Shown here: piece by piece, positions 52,910 to 60,806 of the stretch | How the letters are laid out: every line of letters begins with the position of its first letter | Numbering within the stretch: the stretch's first letter is position 1 | Assembly: GCA_004556155.1 (NCBI GenBank) | Contig: SFIM01000001.1 | Location: 62,949 to 126,948 of the forward strand | Direction: 5' to 3' | DNA length: 64,000 nucleotides | Origin: Clostridiales bacterium | GTDB lineage: Bacteria; Bacillota; Clostridia; Christensenellales; Aristaeellaceae | Position numbers and translations under genes: made by a program | Notes under the pieces: generated by a model | Seen by the model: only the letters and a program-made list of their open reading frames with translations | Told to the model about the DNA's origin: nothing | Databases searched by the model: none

Positions 52910-54094
52910 ATGCGTACAACGGGCGTAACGGCAAGAGGCATTGTAACCCCGATTTTCCAGCAGGGCGACGATCTGGTCACGGCGGTCACGCAGAGCGTGT
53001 GCCGCGCGGCAGAAAACGAGAGATTTCCCCTGCATGACCGCGACATCGTGGCGGTGACGGAGGCCGTTGTCGGCCGCACCCAGGGCAACTATGCCACCTG
53101 CGAGCAGATCGCCAAGGATATCTGCAATAAGCTGGGTGAAGGCCCCATCGGCATTCTGTTTCCCATCCTCAGCCGCAATCGCTTCGGCATTCTGCTGCGG
53201 GCGATGACCATGGCTTCGCCCGAGGGCGTAGTGGTGCAGCTGAGCTATCCTTCCGACGAGGTGGGCAATGCCCTGCTGTCCTGGGATACGCTGGATGAAA
53301 AGGGCGTGGATCCTTACCGTGAGAGCTTTGATTACGAGGGCTTCCGCAAGGTGTTTGGCAACAACACCGTCCATCCCTTTACCGGCATGGACTACATTGA
53401 GTATTACCGTACCTTCGCGCCCAACACCCGCGTGATTTTTTCCAACGATCCCTCCTATATTCTGCAGTATACCAACAAGGTCATTGCCTGCGATATCCAC
53501 ACTCGCGCGCGCACCAAGCGCATTCTGCGCGCCAAGGGCGCAAGCGTGCTGGGCATGGACGATATCATGACCGCCTCCGTGGATGGCAGCGGCTATAACG
53601 CGCAGTATGGCATCTTGGGCAGCAACAAGGCCACCGAGGACAAGGTGAAGCTGTTCCCGCATGACTGCGATGAATTTGTGCACAAGCTGCAGGATGCTCT
53701 GCTGGCCGCCACCGGCAAGCACATGGAAGTGATGGTGTATGGCGACGGCTGCTTCAAGGATCCCGTCGGCGGCATCTGGGAACTGGCCGATCCCGTGGTT
53801 TCGCCCGCCTATACCGAAGGCCTGGAGGGCACGCCTAACGAGCTGAAGATGAAATATTTTGCCGATAACGATCTGCGCGATCTGTCCGGCGCGGCGCTTG
53901 CGCAGGCCATGCGCGAGAAGATCCGTGCCAAGGATCACGACCTCAAGGGTCAGATGGCCTCCCAGGGCACCACGCCCCGCCGCTTTACCGACCTGCTGGG
54001 CAGTCTGTGCGACCTGACCAGCGGCAGCGGCGACCGCGGCACGCCCGTGGTGCTGGTGCAGGGGTACTTTACCAACTTTGCGAGTGAGGATTAA
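52910..54094 (+). CDS. CofE-like (F420-0:gamma-glutamyl ligase family) protein, long 394-aa form
   Basis: GIVTPIFQQGDDLV...LHDRDIVAVTEAVVGRTQG...SVDGSGYNAQYGILGSN...GIWELADPV... matches the COG1478 pattern as I recall it. Assignment by eye only. Confidence 0.6.
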   Translation: MRTTGVTARGIVTPIFQQGDDLVTAVTQSVCRAAENERFPLHDRDIVAVTEAVVGRTQGNYATCEQIAKDICNKLGEGPIGILFPILSRNRFGILLRAMTMASPEGVVVQLSYPSDEVGNALLSWDTLDEKGVDPYRESFDYEGFRKVFGNNTVHPFTGMDYIEYYRTFAPNTRVIFSNDPSYILQYTNKVIACDIHTRARTKRILRAKGASVLGMDDIMTASVDGSGYNAQYGILGSNKATEDKVKLFPHDCDEFVHKLQDALLAATGKHMEVMVYGDGCFKDPVGGIWELADPVVSPAYTEGLEGTPNELKMKYFADNDLRDLSGAALAQAMREKIRAKDHDLKGQMASQGTTPRRFTDLLGSLCDLTSGSGDRGTPVVLVQGYFTNFASED

Positions 54095-54244
54095 TCCTGC
54101 TCAACCGGCTTACCGTGGATCAACGCCTTCCCCCATCTGGAGGAAGGCGCTATTAATGTCGGCGCTTTTTGATGTTTGACAATGTATGCAGCCTTTACGT
54201 CATAAGCCAAGTTCCTTCATTATTGCAATTTTTCCTGTTTTTTC

Positions 54245-54270
54245 TGTAACGAACGCGCTTTTCGCGCGTC
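54245..54270 (+). promoter_or_regulatory. candidate ECF-type autoregulated promoter
   Basis: TGTAAC (54245-54250), 16 nt spacer, CGTC (54267-54270), ~27 nt upstream of the sigma-factor ATG. Fits the AAC-N16/17-CGT pattern of ECF promoters. Confidence 0.4.
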
Positions 54271-54296
54271 CAACTGATGAGAAAGGAGGGCAGACC

Positions 54297-54782
54297 ATGG
54301 ATTTTGAGCAGCTCTACACCACGTATTTCCGGAAGGTCTATGGCTTTGCCCTCTCCCTTTCCCGCAACGCGCACATGGCCGAGGAAATCACCCAGGAAAC
54401 CTTCTACCGCGTGCTCCGCAATCCGGACGCATTCGAGGGTCGCTCCAGCGTGGATACCTACCTGTGCTCCATCGCGCACCATCAGTATGTTTCCATGCTG
54501 CGCAGGCAAAAGCACATCGATTTCCGCACCGATACGGCGCAGCTGTCCGCCCCTGGCGGCATGGAGGAAGCGCTGGCGGACCGCGATACCGCGCGGCAGC
54601 TGTATCTGCTGCTTCACAGGCTGGAAGAGCCGTATAAGGAGGTTTTTACCCTGCGCACGCTGGGTGAGCTTCCCTTTGCGCAGATCGGCGCGCTGTTTCA
54701 GAAGGGTGACGGCTGGGCCAGGGTGATCTACTACCGCGCCAAGCAGAAAATTCAGGAAATGCTCCAGGAGGAAGCAACATGA
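54297..54782 (+). CDS. ECF (sigma-70 family group IV) sigma factor
   Basis: Region 2 (YGFALSLSRNAHMAEEITQETFYRV) and region 4 (FTLRTLGELPFAQIGALF...YRAKQKI). ATG 54297 after AAAGGAGGG. Confidence 0.9.
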   Translation: MDFEQLYTTYFRKVYGFALSLSRNAHMAEEITQETFYRVLRNPDAFEGRSSVDTYLCSIAHHQYVSMLRRQKHIDFRTDTAQLSAPGGMEEALADRDTARQLYLLLHRLEEPYKEVFTLRTLGELPFAQIGALFQKGDGWARVIYYRAKQKIQEMLQEEAT

Positions 54783-55735
54783 GCGAACAAAATAAAATTC
54801 CCTGCGCTGTTGCGCAGGATCTGATGCCGCTGGTCATCGACGGCGCGGCCAGTGAGCAAAGCCGTCAGGCTGTCGCACAGCATGTGGCTGCCTGCTCCGC
54901 TTGCAGCCAGATATACCGCGAAATGCAAAGCGCCGCGCCCGCGCCCGTCGCGCAGGGCAAGGTGGAGCAGGGCTTCCGCCAGGCTGTCAAGCGCCAGCGC
55001 AAGCGTTTTCGTGCCTGGAAAATCGCCGCGCTGTGCCTGGGGCTGGTGGTGGCCATCTGCCTGGGCACGGTCGTCGCCAAGCCCGAGCTTTTGCTGGGCT
55101 TTGTGCAGGATGTGCCCCTCTCCTGGGCGCAGGATTTGCAGCTGGTGCGCACAACACAGGGCGCGCTGCTGCTGCAGTTTACCCCCGCGCCGCAGTACAA
55201 GCAGCACTATGGCTGGAGATCCTTAACCAGTGATCAGGGCGAGGCAGCCTTCACCTGGAGGTACCCCTGGATCGAGCGTGTGCTGGGCAGAACGCTGCAG
55301 GGCGATGTGACTGCTGTGCCCAGCCGTATTCTAAAAACCGCCGACGGCCGCTGGGCGGATATGGGCACGCTGTGCACCTATCGCTATCAGAATGGCAAAT
55401 TCTACGAAATGATTCTCAAGCCCATGACCGCCGCCGATTTCAAAGCGCTGGAGGAAAAGGGCGTTGTCCCCCAGAATGCCACCGCAATGTGGCGGCAGTG
55501 CGAATGTTCGGGGGAGTTCAGCACGATTTCCATGCAGGCAGGCCGCAAAAAGCTGTGCATATACAGCGCGGAAAACGGCGAAATCCCGTTGTGCGACGCC
55601 GAAACACAGGCAGCCTTTGACGCCTTTATTGCCGATAATCCCGGCTATTACTATTGGGACGGCGATTTGCAGCAGGCATGGCAGAATGGCAGCCTCTATG
55701 TTCCCATGGAAGGCGAAACAGAAGGCAAGGAATAA
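54779..55735 (+). CDS. zf-HC2 anti-sigma factor, single-pass, with an unknown ~210-aa extracytoplasmic domain
   Basis: ATGA overlap with the sigma stop. HVAACSAC (Hx3Cx2C). TM helix WKIAALCLGLVVAICLGTVVA. Confidence 0.8.
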   Translation: MSEQNKIPCAVAQDLMPLVIDGAASEQSRQAVAQHVAACSACSQIYREMQSAAPAPVAQGKVEQGFRQAVKRQRKRFRAWKIAALCLGLVVAICLGTVVAKPELLLGFVQDVPLSWAQDLQLVRTTQGALLLQFTPAPQYKQHYGWRSLTSDQGEAAFTWRYPWIERVLGRTLQGDVTAVPSRILKTADGRWADMGTLCTYRYQNGKFYEMILKPMTAADFKALEEKGVVPQNATAMWRQCECSGEFSTISMQAGRKKLCIYSAENGEIPLCDAETQAAFDAFIADNPGYYYWDGDLQQAWQNGSLYVPMEGETEGKE

Positions 55736-55744
55736 CGGAACAAT

Positions 55745-55790
55745 AAAAACGCAGCCCTTTCGGCGATATAGCCGAAGGGGCTGCGTTTTT
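55745..55790. terminator. bidirectional terminator
   Basis: AAAAACGCAGCCCTTTCGGC-gatata-GCCGAAGGGGCTGCGTTTTT (14-15 bp stem). Confidence 0.8.
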
Positions 55791-55871
55791 GCTTTGAAGC
55801 GTTCTTGAAGGGCAATGCTGCTGGACACATCAATTAGGCGCAACGGTGAGCATGTCCCGTGGCACGCCTTC

Positions 55872-55951
55872 CAGCTTTTATCCAACTGACTTTTACGTCA
55901 CACACAGGTTCTTTGTTTCTTTCTTGACTCAAGAAAGAAACGTTCCCCTCG
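55872..55951 (+). repeat. dispersed ~80-nt hairpin element, copy E2
   Basis: CAGCTTTTATCCAACTGACTTTTACGTCACACACAGGTTCTTT-GTTTCTTTCTT-gactc-AAGAAAGAAAC-GTTCCCCTCG (stem 55915-55925/55931-55941). The core is ~90% identical to E1. Confidence 0.7.
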
Positions 55952-55982
55952 TTTCCCCGTTCCCCTCGTTCTCATCCCCAAT

Positions 55983-56009
55983 AAAAAACGGGCCGCACGA
56001 AGCAACCCG
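55983..56009 (-). terminator. intrinsic terminator of the acyltransferase/acyl-CoA-synthetase operon
   Basis: Minus strand: CGGGTTGC-ttcgt-GCGGCCCG followed by TTTTTTATT, 13 nt after the stop. Confidence 0.65.
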
Positions 56010-56021
56010 AATCAATGAAAC

Positions 56022-57737
56022 TTAGCTGATTTTCTTCAGCTCTTCATCCTCCAGTACACGATAGGCAACCTTGCCGACCAGCGTGGTGGGCAGATTTTCA
56101 CGGAACTCGATATCATAGGGCATGGCGTACTTGGCGATGTTCTTGCGGCAGTGGGCCAGAATGCTCTGTTTGGTTTCCTCGGTGGCGGGGAAGCCGGGCT
56201 TGAGCATGACGAAGGCCTTGACCTTCTGCATCTTGTAGGAATCGGGCACGCCGATGATGCAGCAGCGCTGAACGGCCTCGTGCGCCTCCAGAATGTTTTC
56301 AAGCTGCGCAGGGTACACATTGTAGCCCGAGGTGATGATCATGCGCTTGCGGCGGCCGCGGAAATAGACGAAACCATCTGCGTCCATCACGCCCAGATCG
56401 CCCGTGTATACCCAGGTGAGACCGTCGGCATGCCTGCGCAGCGTCTGGGCGGTTTCCTCGGGATGATGCAGATACTCGCGCATCACAGTGGGGCCGGCCA
56501 GCAGGATCTCGCCCTCCTCGCCGTAGGGCAGCTCCTCGTCGGTGCCGGGGGTAACGATCTTGTAGTAGGTATCGGGGAAGGGCAGGCCGATGCTGCCTTC
56601 GCGGTGCATGGTGGGCGGGGTGAGGCAGGAGGCGGTAACGCACTCGGTGGTGCCGTAACCCTCGCGGATCTGGATGACGGCCTTGTGATCGTACAGGAAC
56701 TTATCGAACTTTTTTTTCAGCTCGATCGTCAGCGAATCGCCGCCGGAGAACACGCCCTTGAGGCTGCTCAGATCGGCCTTTTCCATGTTGGGCAGGCGCA
56801 GCAGTGCCTCATACAGCGTGGGCACGCCCGCGATGAAATTGCACTTGTACTTGGTAATCAGCTTGGAATAGCTCTTGGCGGTAAAGCGCGGCACCAGCAC
56901 GCACCGGCCGCCCTGGGTGAGCATGGTGTGGATGCACACGCCCAAACCAAAGCCGTGGAAGATGGGCATGGCGGCCAGCATGCGGTCGCCGGGACGGAAC
57001 ATGGGGTTGGTGGCGATGACCTGCTGGGACAGGGCGTTGAAATTCAGATTCGTCAGCACAATGCCCTTGGTGGTGCCGGTGGTGCCGCCCGAATAGAGGA
57101 TGACCGCGGGATCTTCAGGCTTGCGCTCCACCTTATAGCGCCAGAAGCAGGACTTGCTGAGGTTAAGGAACTTCTGCCAGCGGATGACAGGCGCGTCGTC
57201 GGGAATCTTGCGGATCTTGCGGCCTTCGGTAAGCATATAGCCTGTTTTGAGGGGCTGGGACAGCTCATCCCGGATGCTGGCGATGATGACGTTGACAATA
57301 TTGGTGTTGTTGCGGATGGCTTCGATTTTATGATAGAACTGATCCAGCGTGATTACCGTCACGCTGTTGGATTCGTTCAGATAGAATTCGATTTCCTTTT
57401 CGCTGGACAGGGGATGCACCATGTTGGCGATACCGCCCACCATGTTGATGGCGTAGAACATGGCGATGGCCTGCGGGCAGTTGGGCATGGCGATGGTAAC
57501 GCAATCGTTTTCGCGGATGCCGATGGTTTTAAGCGCCTTGGCGCAGCGCTCCACATGCTCCAGCAGCTGCCTGTAGGTGGTGGAGCGTCCCATGAAATCC
57601 ATGGCGATGTTGTTGGGGTATTTATCGGCCACGGACTTGAGCATATCGTACATGGAGCCCTGGAAATAATCCAGATGCGCGGGGATATCGCCCAGGTTCT
57701 TTACCCACGGGGCCTTGGCGGTGATTTTATCGGGCAT
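56022..57737 (-). CDS. AMP-forming acyl-CoA synthetase / long-chain-fatty-acid--CoA ligase family
   Basis: ILYSGGTTGTTKGIVLT (AMP-binding P-loop), EGYGTTE, YTGDLG, and the C-terminal GKV lysine motif. Confidence 0.88.
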   Translation of the reverse strand: MPDKITAKAPWVKNLGDIPAHLDYFQGSMYDMLKSVADKYPNNIAMDFMGRSTTYRQLLEHVERCAKALKTIGIRENDCVTIAMPNCPQAIAMFYAINMVGGIANMVHPLSSEKEIEFYLNESNSVTVITLDQFYHKIEAIRNNTNIVNVIIASIRDELSQPLKTGYMLTEGRKIRKIPDDAPVIRWQKFLNLSKSCFWRYKVERKPEDPAVILYSGGTTGTTKGIVLTNLNFNALSQQVIATNPMFRPGDRMLAAMPIFHGFGLGVCIHTMLTQGGRCVLVPRFTAKSYSKLITKYKCNFIAGVPTLYEALLRLPNMEKADLSSLKGVFSGGDSLTIELKKKFDKFLYDHKAVIQIREGYGTTECVTASCLTPPTMHREGSIGLPFPDTYYKIVTPGTDEELPYGEEGEILLAGPTVMREYLHHPEETAQTLRRHADGLTWVYTGDLGVMDADGFVYFRGRRKRMIITSGYNVYPAQLENILEAHEAVQRCCIIGVPDSYKMQKVKAFVMLKPGFPATEETKQSILAHCRKNIAKYAMPYDIEFRENLPTTLVGKVAYRVLEDEELKKIS

Positions 57738-58621
57738 CAGTAGTCTACCTCCTCGCTGATGGGACGGTCCAGCAGCTCCGGGTGCTCCAGCAGGTGCTTA
57801 AGCAGCCGGATGGACTTGGAATAATAGTAGCCGTCGGCCAGACGCTCGTCGATGGTCAGACCCAGCTCGACGGTTTCACGCATGGTGCAGGAGCCGTCCT
57901 CCGCATTGAAAACGGGCGTGCTGCCCTTTTCGCCAATCAGGCAGAAAACGCCGTTGGTGCCCCAGTTGGTCAGGTGATGATAGCCGCACTTGAGCTTGAT
58001 GGAGCCGACGTTTGACAGCACCACCGAGGAATAATAGGGATCGGTGGCGATGAGAAAATTGGGGCACCAGCCGTGCTTGTCCAGAAAGCGGATGATATCC
58101 ACCAGGAAGCGGCTGAGAAAGCGCGGCATGCTGGTCAGAATATCCATGCTGTCGGTGGTGCGGTCTACCTTGTCGCTGCGGCAGGACATCACCTGATCGC
58201 GGATGCACTGATGGATGGAATCCATTGTGTCGCTTTCCTTGGCGCGCACAAAGGCCAGCGCCTCCGCGCCGTCGTCGGCGAACTTCTTTTTTACTACAAA
58301 GGCGGCCGAAACATTATAGCGCTGATACACGTTGCGGTTGGCGATGAAGCGGTTCATCTTGGGCCGCAGGGTCAGCGTTTTTACCAGCGCGGCCACAATT
58401 ACATGAAACATGGTGTAGGGCAGATCGGGCTGGCTTTCGTTCTTCTTGGCGATATAGGCATTGATGGGCGCAAGGTCGATGCGCTCGGAGATGTAGGCTT
58501 CGTTATCGCAGCGATTGGGATAAATCAGGGGCGTGATATAGTGCATGGAATCCAGCTCGCGCATGAGCCGCCCGTCCTTGCGATCTCCAAACCGCCGTTT
58601 GTATTGCTCGGCCAATGTCAT
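57737..58621 (-). CDS. stand-alone 2-oxoacid-dehydrogenase-E2/CAT-like acyltransferase domain protein
   Basis: ATG 58621 directly after AAGGAGGAA. ...VVLSNVGSIKL..., LGLTIDERLADGYYYSKSIRLLKHLLEHPELL parallels the E2 motif DHRxxDG, but with Glu in place of His. Its stop overlaps the ligase ATG (ATGA). Confidence 0.7.
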   Translation of the reverse strand: MTLAEQYKRRFGDRKDGRLMRELDSMHYITPLIYPNRCDNEAYISERIDLAPINAYIAKKNESQPDLPYTMFHVIVAALVKTLTLRPKMNRFIANRNVYQRYNVSAAFVVKKKFADDGAEALAFVRAKESDTMDSIHQCIRDQVMSCRSDKVDRTTDSMDILTSMPRFLSRFLVDIIRFLDKHGWCPNFLIATDPYYSSVVLSNVGSIKLKCGYHHLTNWGTNGVFCLIGEKGSTPVFNAEDGSCTMRETVELGLTIDERLADGYYYSKSIRLLKHLLEHPELLDRPISEEVDY

Positions 58622-58692
58622 TTCCTCCTTGGTGAGCGTGCAGATATCGAGAATGCTGCGCCATATGCCGCTCAAGATAGCATATTATCATT

Positions 58693-58717
58693 AATTGTAA
58701 ATAATTTCAATACAATT
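58693..58717. promoter_or_regulatory. inverted repeat overlapping the operon promoter (candidate operator)
   Basis: AATTGTA (58693-58699), 11 nt, TACAATT (58711-58717). Overlaps a minus-strand TTGAAA-17-TAATAT promoter candidate. Confidence 0.45.
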
Positions 58718-58951
58718 GCCGTTGATCTTCAGTTGAGAATTGAAATGATTGCCGCGAAAATCCAATGCGTTCGGGCTTTTTTGCGAATATGTCAAAATCG
58801 CGGCGGGCAGGGTATAAAGATGAAGCGGGTGTAAATTTTCTGAATACAATGCGCAAAGGCGCTTGATTTTTTTGCTTTAACATGATATTACTTTAAGAGA
58901 AACGCGAAAATGCATTTTTATTCCAGATTATGGAAATCTTCAGGAGCCTGT

Positions 58952-59836
58952 ATGCAGATTAACTGGTATCCCGGCCATATGGCCAAGGCTAAGCGGCTTT
59001 TGCAGGATCAGCTTTCCCGCGTGGATGCGGTGATTGAAATTTGCGACGCCCGCTTGCCCGAATCCAGCCGAAACCCCGTGCTCAACGCCATGCTGCGCGG
59101 CAAGGCGCGGGTATTGATGATGAACAAGGCCGACCTTGCCAATCCTGCCATGACCCGCAAGTGGCAGGCGTATTATCAAGCCCACGGCGTGCAGTGCGCG
59201 GCCATTACGGCAGGGCGCAGCGCGCGGGAGGTATTCAAGGCCATTGAAAACCTGACCCGCGACAAGGTGGCGCGCGGCGAGGCGCGTGGCGTGCGCCGCA
59301 CGGTGCGCGTGATGGTGGTGGGCGTGCCGAACGTGGGCAAAAGCACCATCATCAATCAGCTGCACGGCGGTGCGATTGCCCAGGTGGGCAACCGTCCGGG
59401 CGTGACGCGCGCCAATCAGTGGGTGCGTGTGGGCGAATATCTGGAGGTGCTGGACACCCCCGGCCTTTTGTGGCCAAAGCTGGATGATCCCGTGGCTGCG
59501 CGGCGGCTGGCGTATATCTCCGCCATCCGGGACGAGGTGGTGGATACCTTCGCCCTGTCCTGCGCGCTGCTGGAGGATATGACAGCCCTGGCGCCCGAGG
59601 CGCTGACGGCGCGGTACAAGATTACCGATATGTCCTTGCGTGGGCAGGCACTGCTGGAGGCGGTGTGCCGCGGGCGTGGCTTTTTGCTGCGCGGGGGAGA
59701 GCTGGATATCGAGCGCGCCACCGCCGTGGTGCTGGATGAGTTCCGCGATGGCAAGCTGGGCAGGCTGACGCTGGAAGCGCCGCCGGAGACGGCTGAAAAA
59801 GCCCCTGTGAAGGAGAACAACGACGATGCGCAGTGA
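58952..59836 (+). CDS. rbgA: ribosome biogenesis GTPase A (YlqF/RbgA)
   Basis: MQINWYPGHMAKAKR..., circularly permuted G motifs NKADL...GVPNVGKST...DTPG. Confidence 0.94.
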   Translation: MQINWYPGHMAKAKRLLQDQLSRVDAVIEICDARLPESSRNPVLNAMLRGKARVLMMNKADLANPAMTRKWQAYYQAHGVQCAAITAGRSAREVFKAIENLTRDKVARGEARGVRRTVRVMVVGVPNVGKSTIINQLHGGAIAQVGNRPGVTRANQWVRVGEYLEVLDTPGLLWPKLDDPVAARRLAYISAIRDEVVDTFALSCALLEDMTALAPEALTARYKITDMSLRGQALLEAVCRGRGFLLRGGELDIERATAVVLDEFRDGKLGRLTLEAPPETAEKAPVKENNDDAQ

Positions 59837-60440
59837 CAGCCAGGAGCGCCGCATGGCGATGATTGCCCATGATCAGCCCTATTGGGCGGCCTGCGCGCGT
59901 GTGGCCGGCATGGACGAGGCCGGGCGCGGCCCGCTGGCGGGCAACGTGGTGACGGCGTGTGTGATCATGCCCAGCGCGCCCACGGTGGATTGGGTGGATG
60001 ACTCCAAAAAGCTTTCCGCCCTGCGCCGCGATAAAGTATATGAAGAAATCCTGCGCACGGCGCTGTATGTGGGCGTAGGCCGCGCCAGCGCGCAGGAGAT
60101 TGACGAAATCAATATCCTGCAGGCCACCATGAACGCCATGCGCCGCGCTGCGGCGGATGCGCAGGCCAATATTTATCTGATCGACGCGGTGAAGAATCTG
60201 GGGCTGGACGCGCCGGAAATCCCCATCGTGCACGGCGACGCAGTGTCCTATTCCATCGCTGCGGCCAGCATTGTGGCCAAGGTGACGCGGGATCGGGAGC
60301 TGCTTGCCCTAGATCAGCAGTATCCGCAGTACGGCTTTGCCAGGCATAAGGGCTACGGAACGGCGGAGCATATTGCTGCGATCCGCGAGCATGGCCCCTG
60401 TCCGGCGCATCGGATGACCTTTATCCGTAAATTCCTATGA
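59826..60440 (+). CDS. rnhB: ribonuclease HII
   Basis: VAGMDEAGRGPLAGNVV...DDSKKLS...ASIVAKVTRD...GYGT..H. Start could also be ATG 59853. Confidence 0.93.
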   Translation: MRSDSQERRMAMIAHDQPYWAACARVAGMDEAGRGPLAGNVVTACVIMPSAPTVDWVDDSKKLSALRRDKVYEEILRTALYVGVGRASAQEIDEINILQATMNAMRRAAADAQANIYLIDAVKNLGLDAPEIPIVHGDAVSYSIAAASIVAKVTRDRELLALDQQYPQYGFARHKGYGTAEHIAAIREHGPCPAHRMTFIRKFL

Positions 60441-60778
60441 ACAACGCGTATCAGGCAGGATTGCTGTATGAGCTGCGCGCGGCGCGCTATGTGCGGCGGC
60501 GCGGGTATCGTCTGCTGAACATGCGCTATCGCGCGCGCGACGGCGAGATTGATCTGATCGCCCGCGACGGCGATACGATTGTCTTTATTGAAGTAAAGGC
60601 ACGCCCGGCGGGTAAGCTGGGCGCGGGCGTGGCCGCTGTGACGGCGGACAAGCGACGCAGGCTGCGGCACGCGGCGGATGCGTATCTGTCCCGCAAGGGG
60701 CTGCGCGACGCGCCGTGTCGGTTTGATATCCTGGAGTTTTCGCGCGCCGGGATTTTTTACATGGAAAATGCCTTTTGA
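60437..60778 (+). CDS. yraN: YraN-family (UPF0102) endonuclease-like protein
   Basis: GEIDLIARDGDTIVFIEVKAR... is the PD-(D/E)xK core. Standard position after rnhB. Confidence 0.9.
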   Translation: MNNAYQAGLLYELRAARYVRRRGYRLLNMRYRARDGEIDLIARDGDTIVFIEVKARPAGKLGAGVAAVTADKRRRLRHAADAYLSRKGLRDAPCRFDILEFSRAGIFYMENAF

Positions 60779-60806
60779 GCGGATGCTATCCGAAAAGGAG
60801 CGTGTG

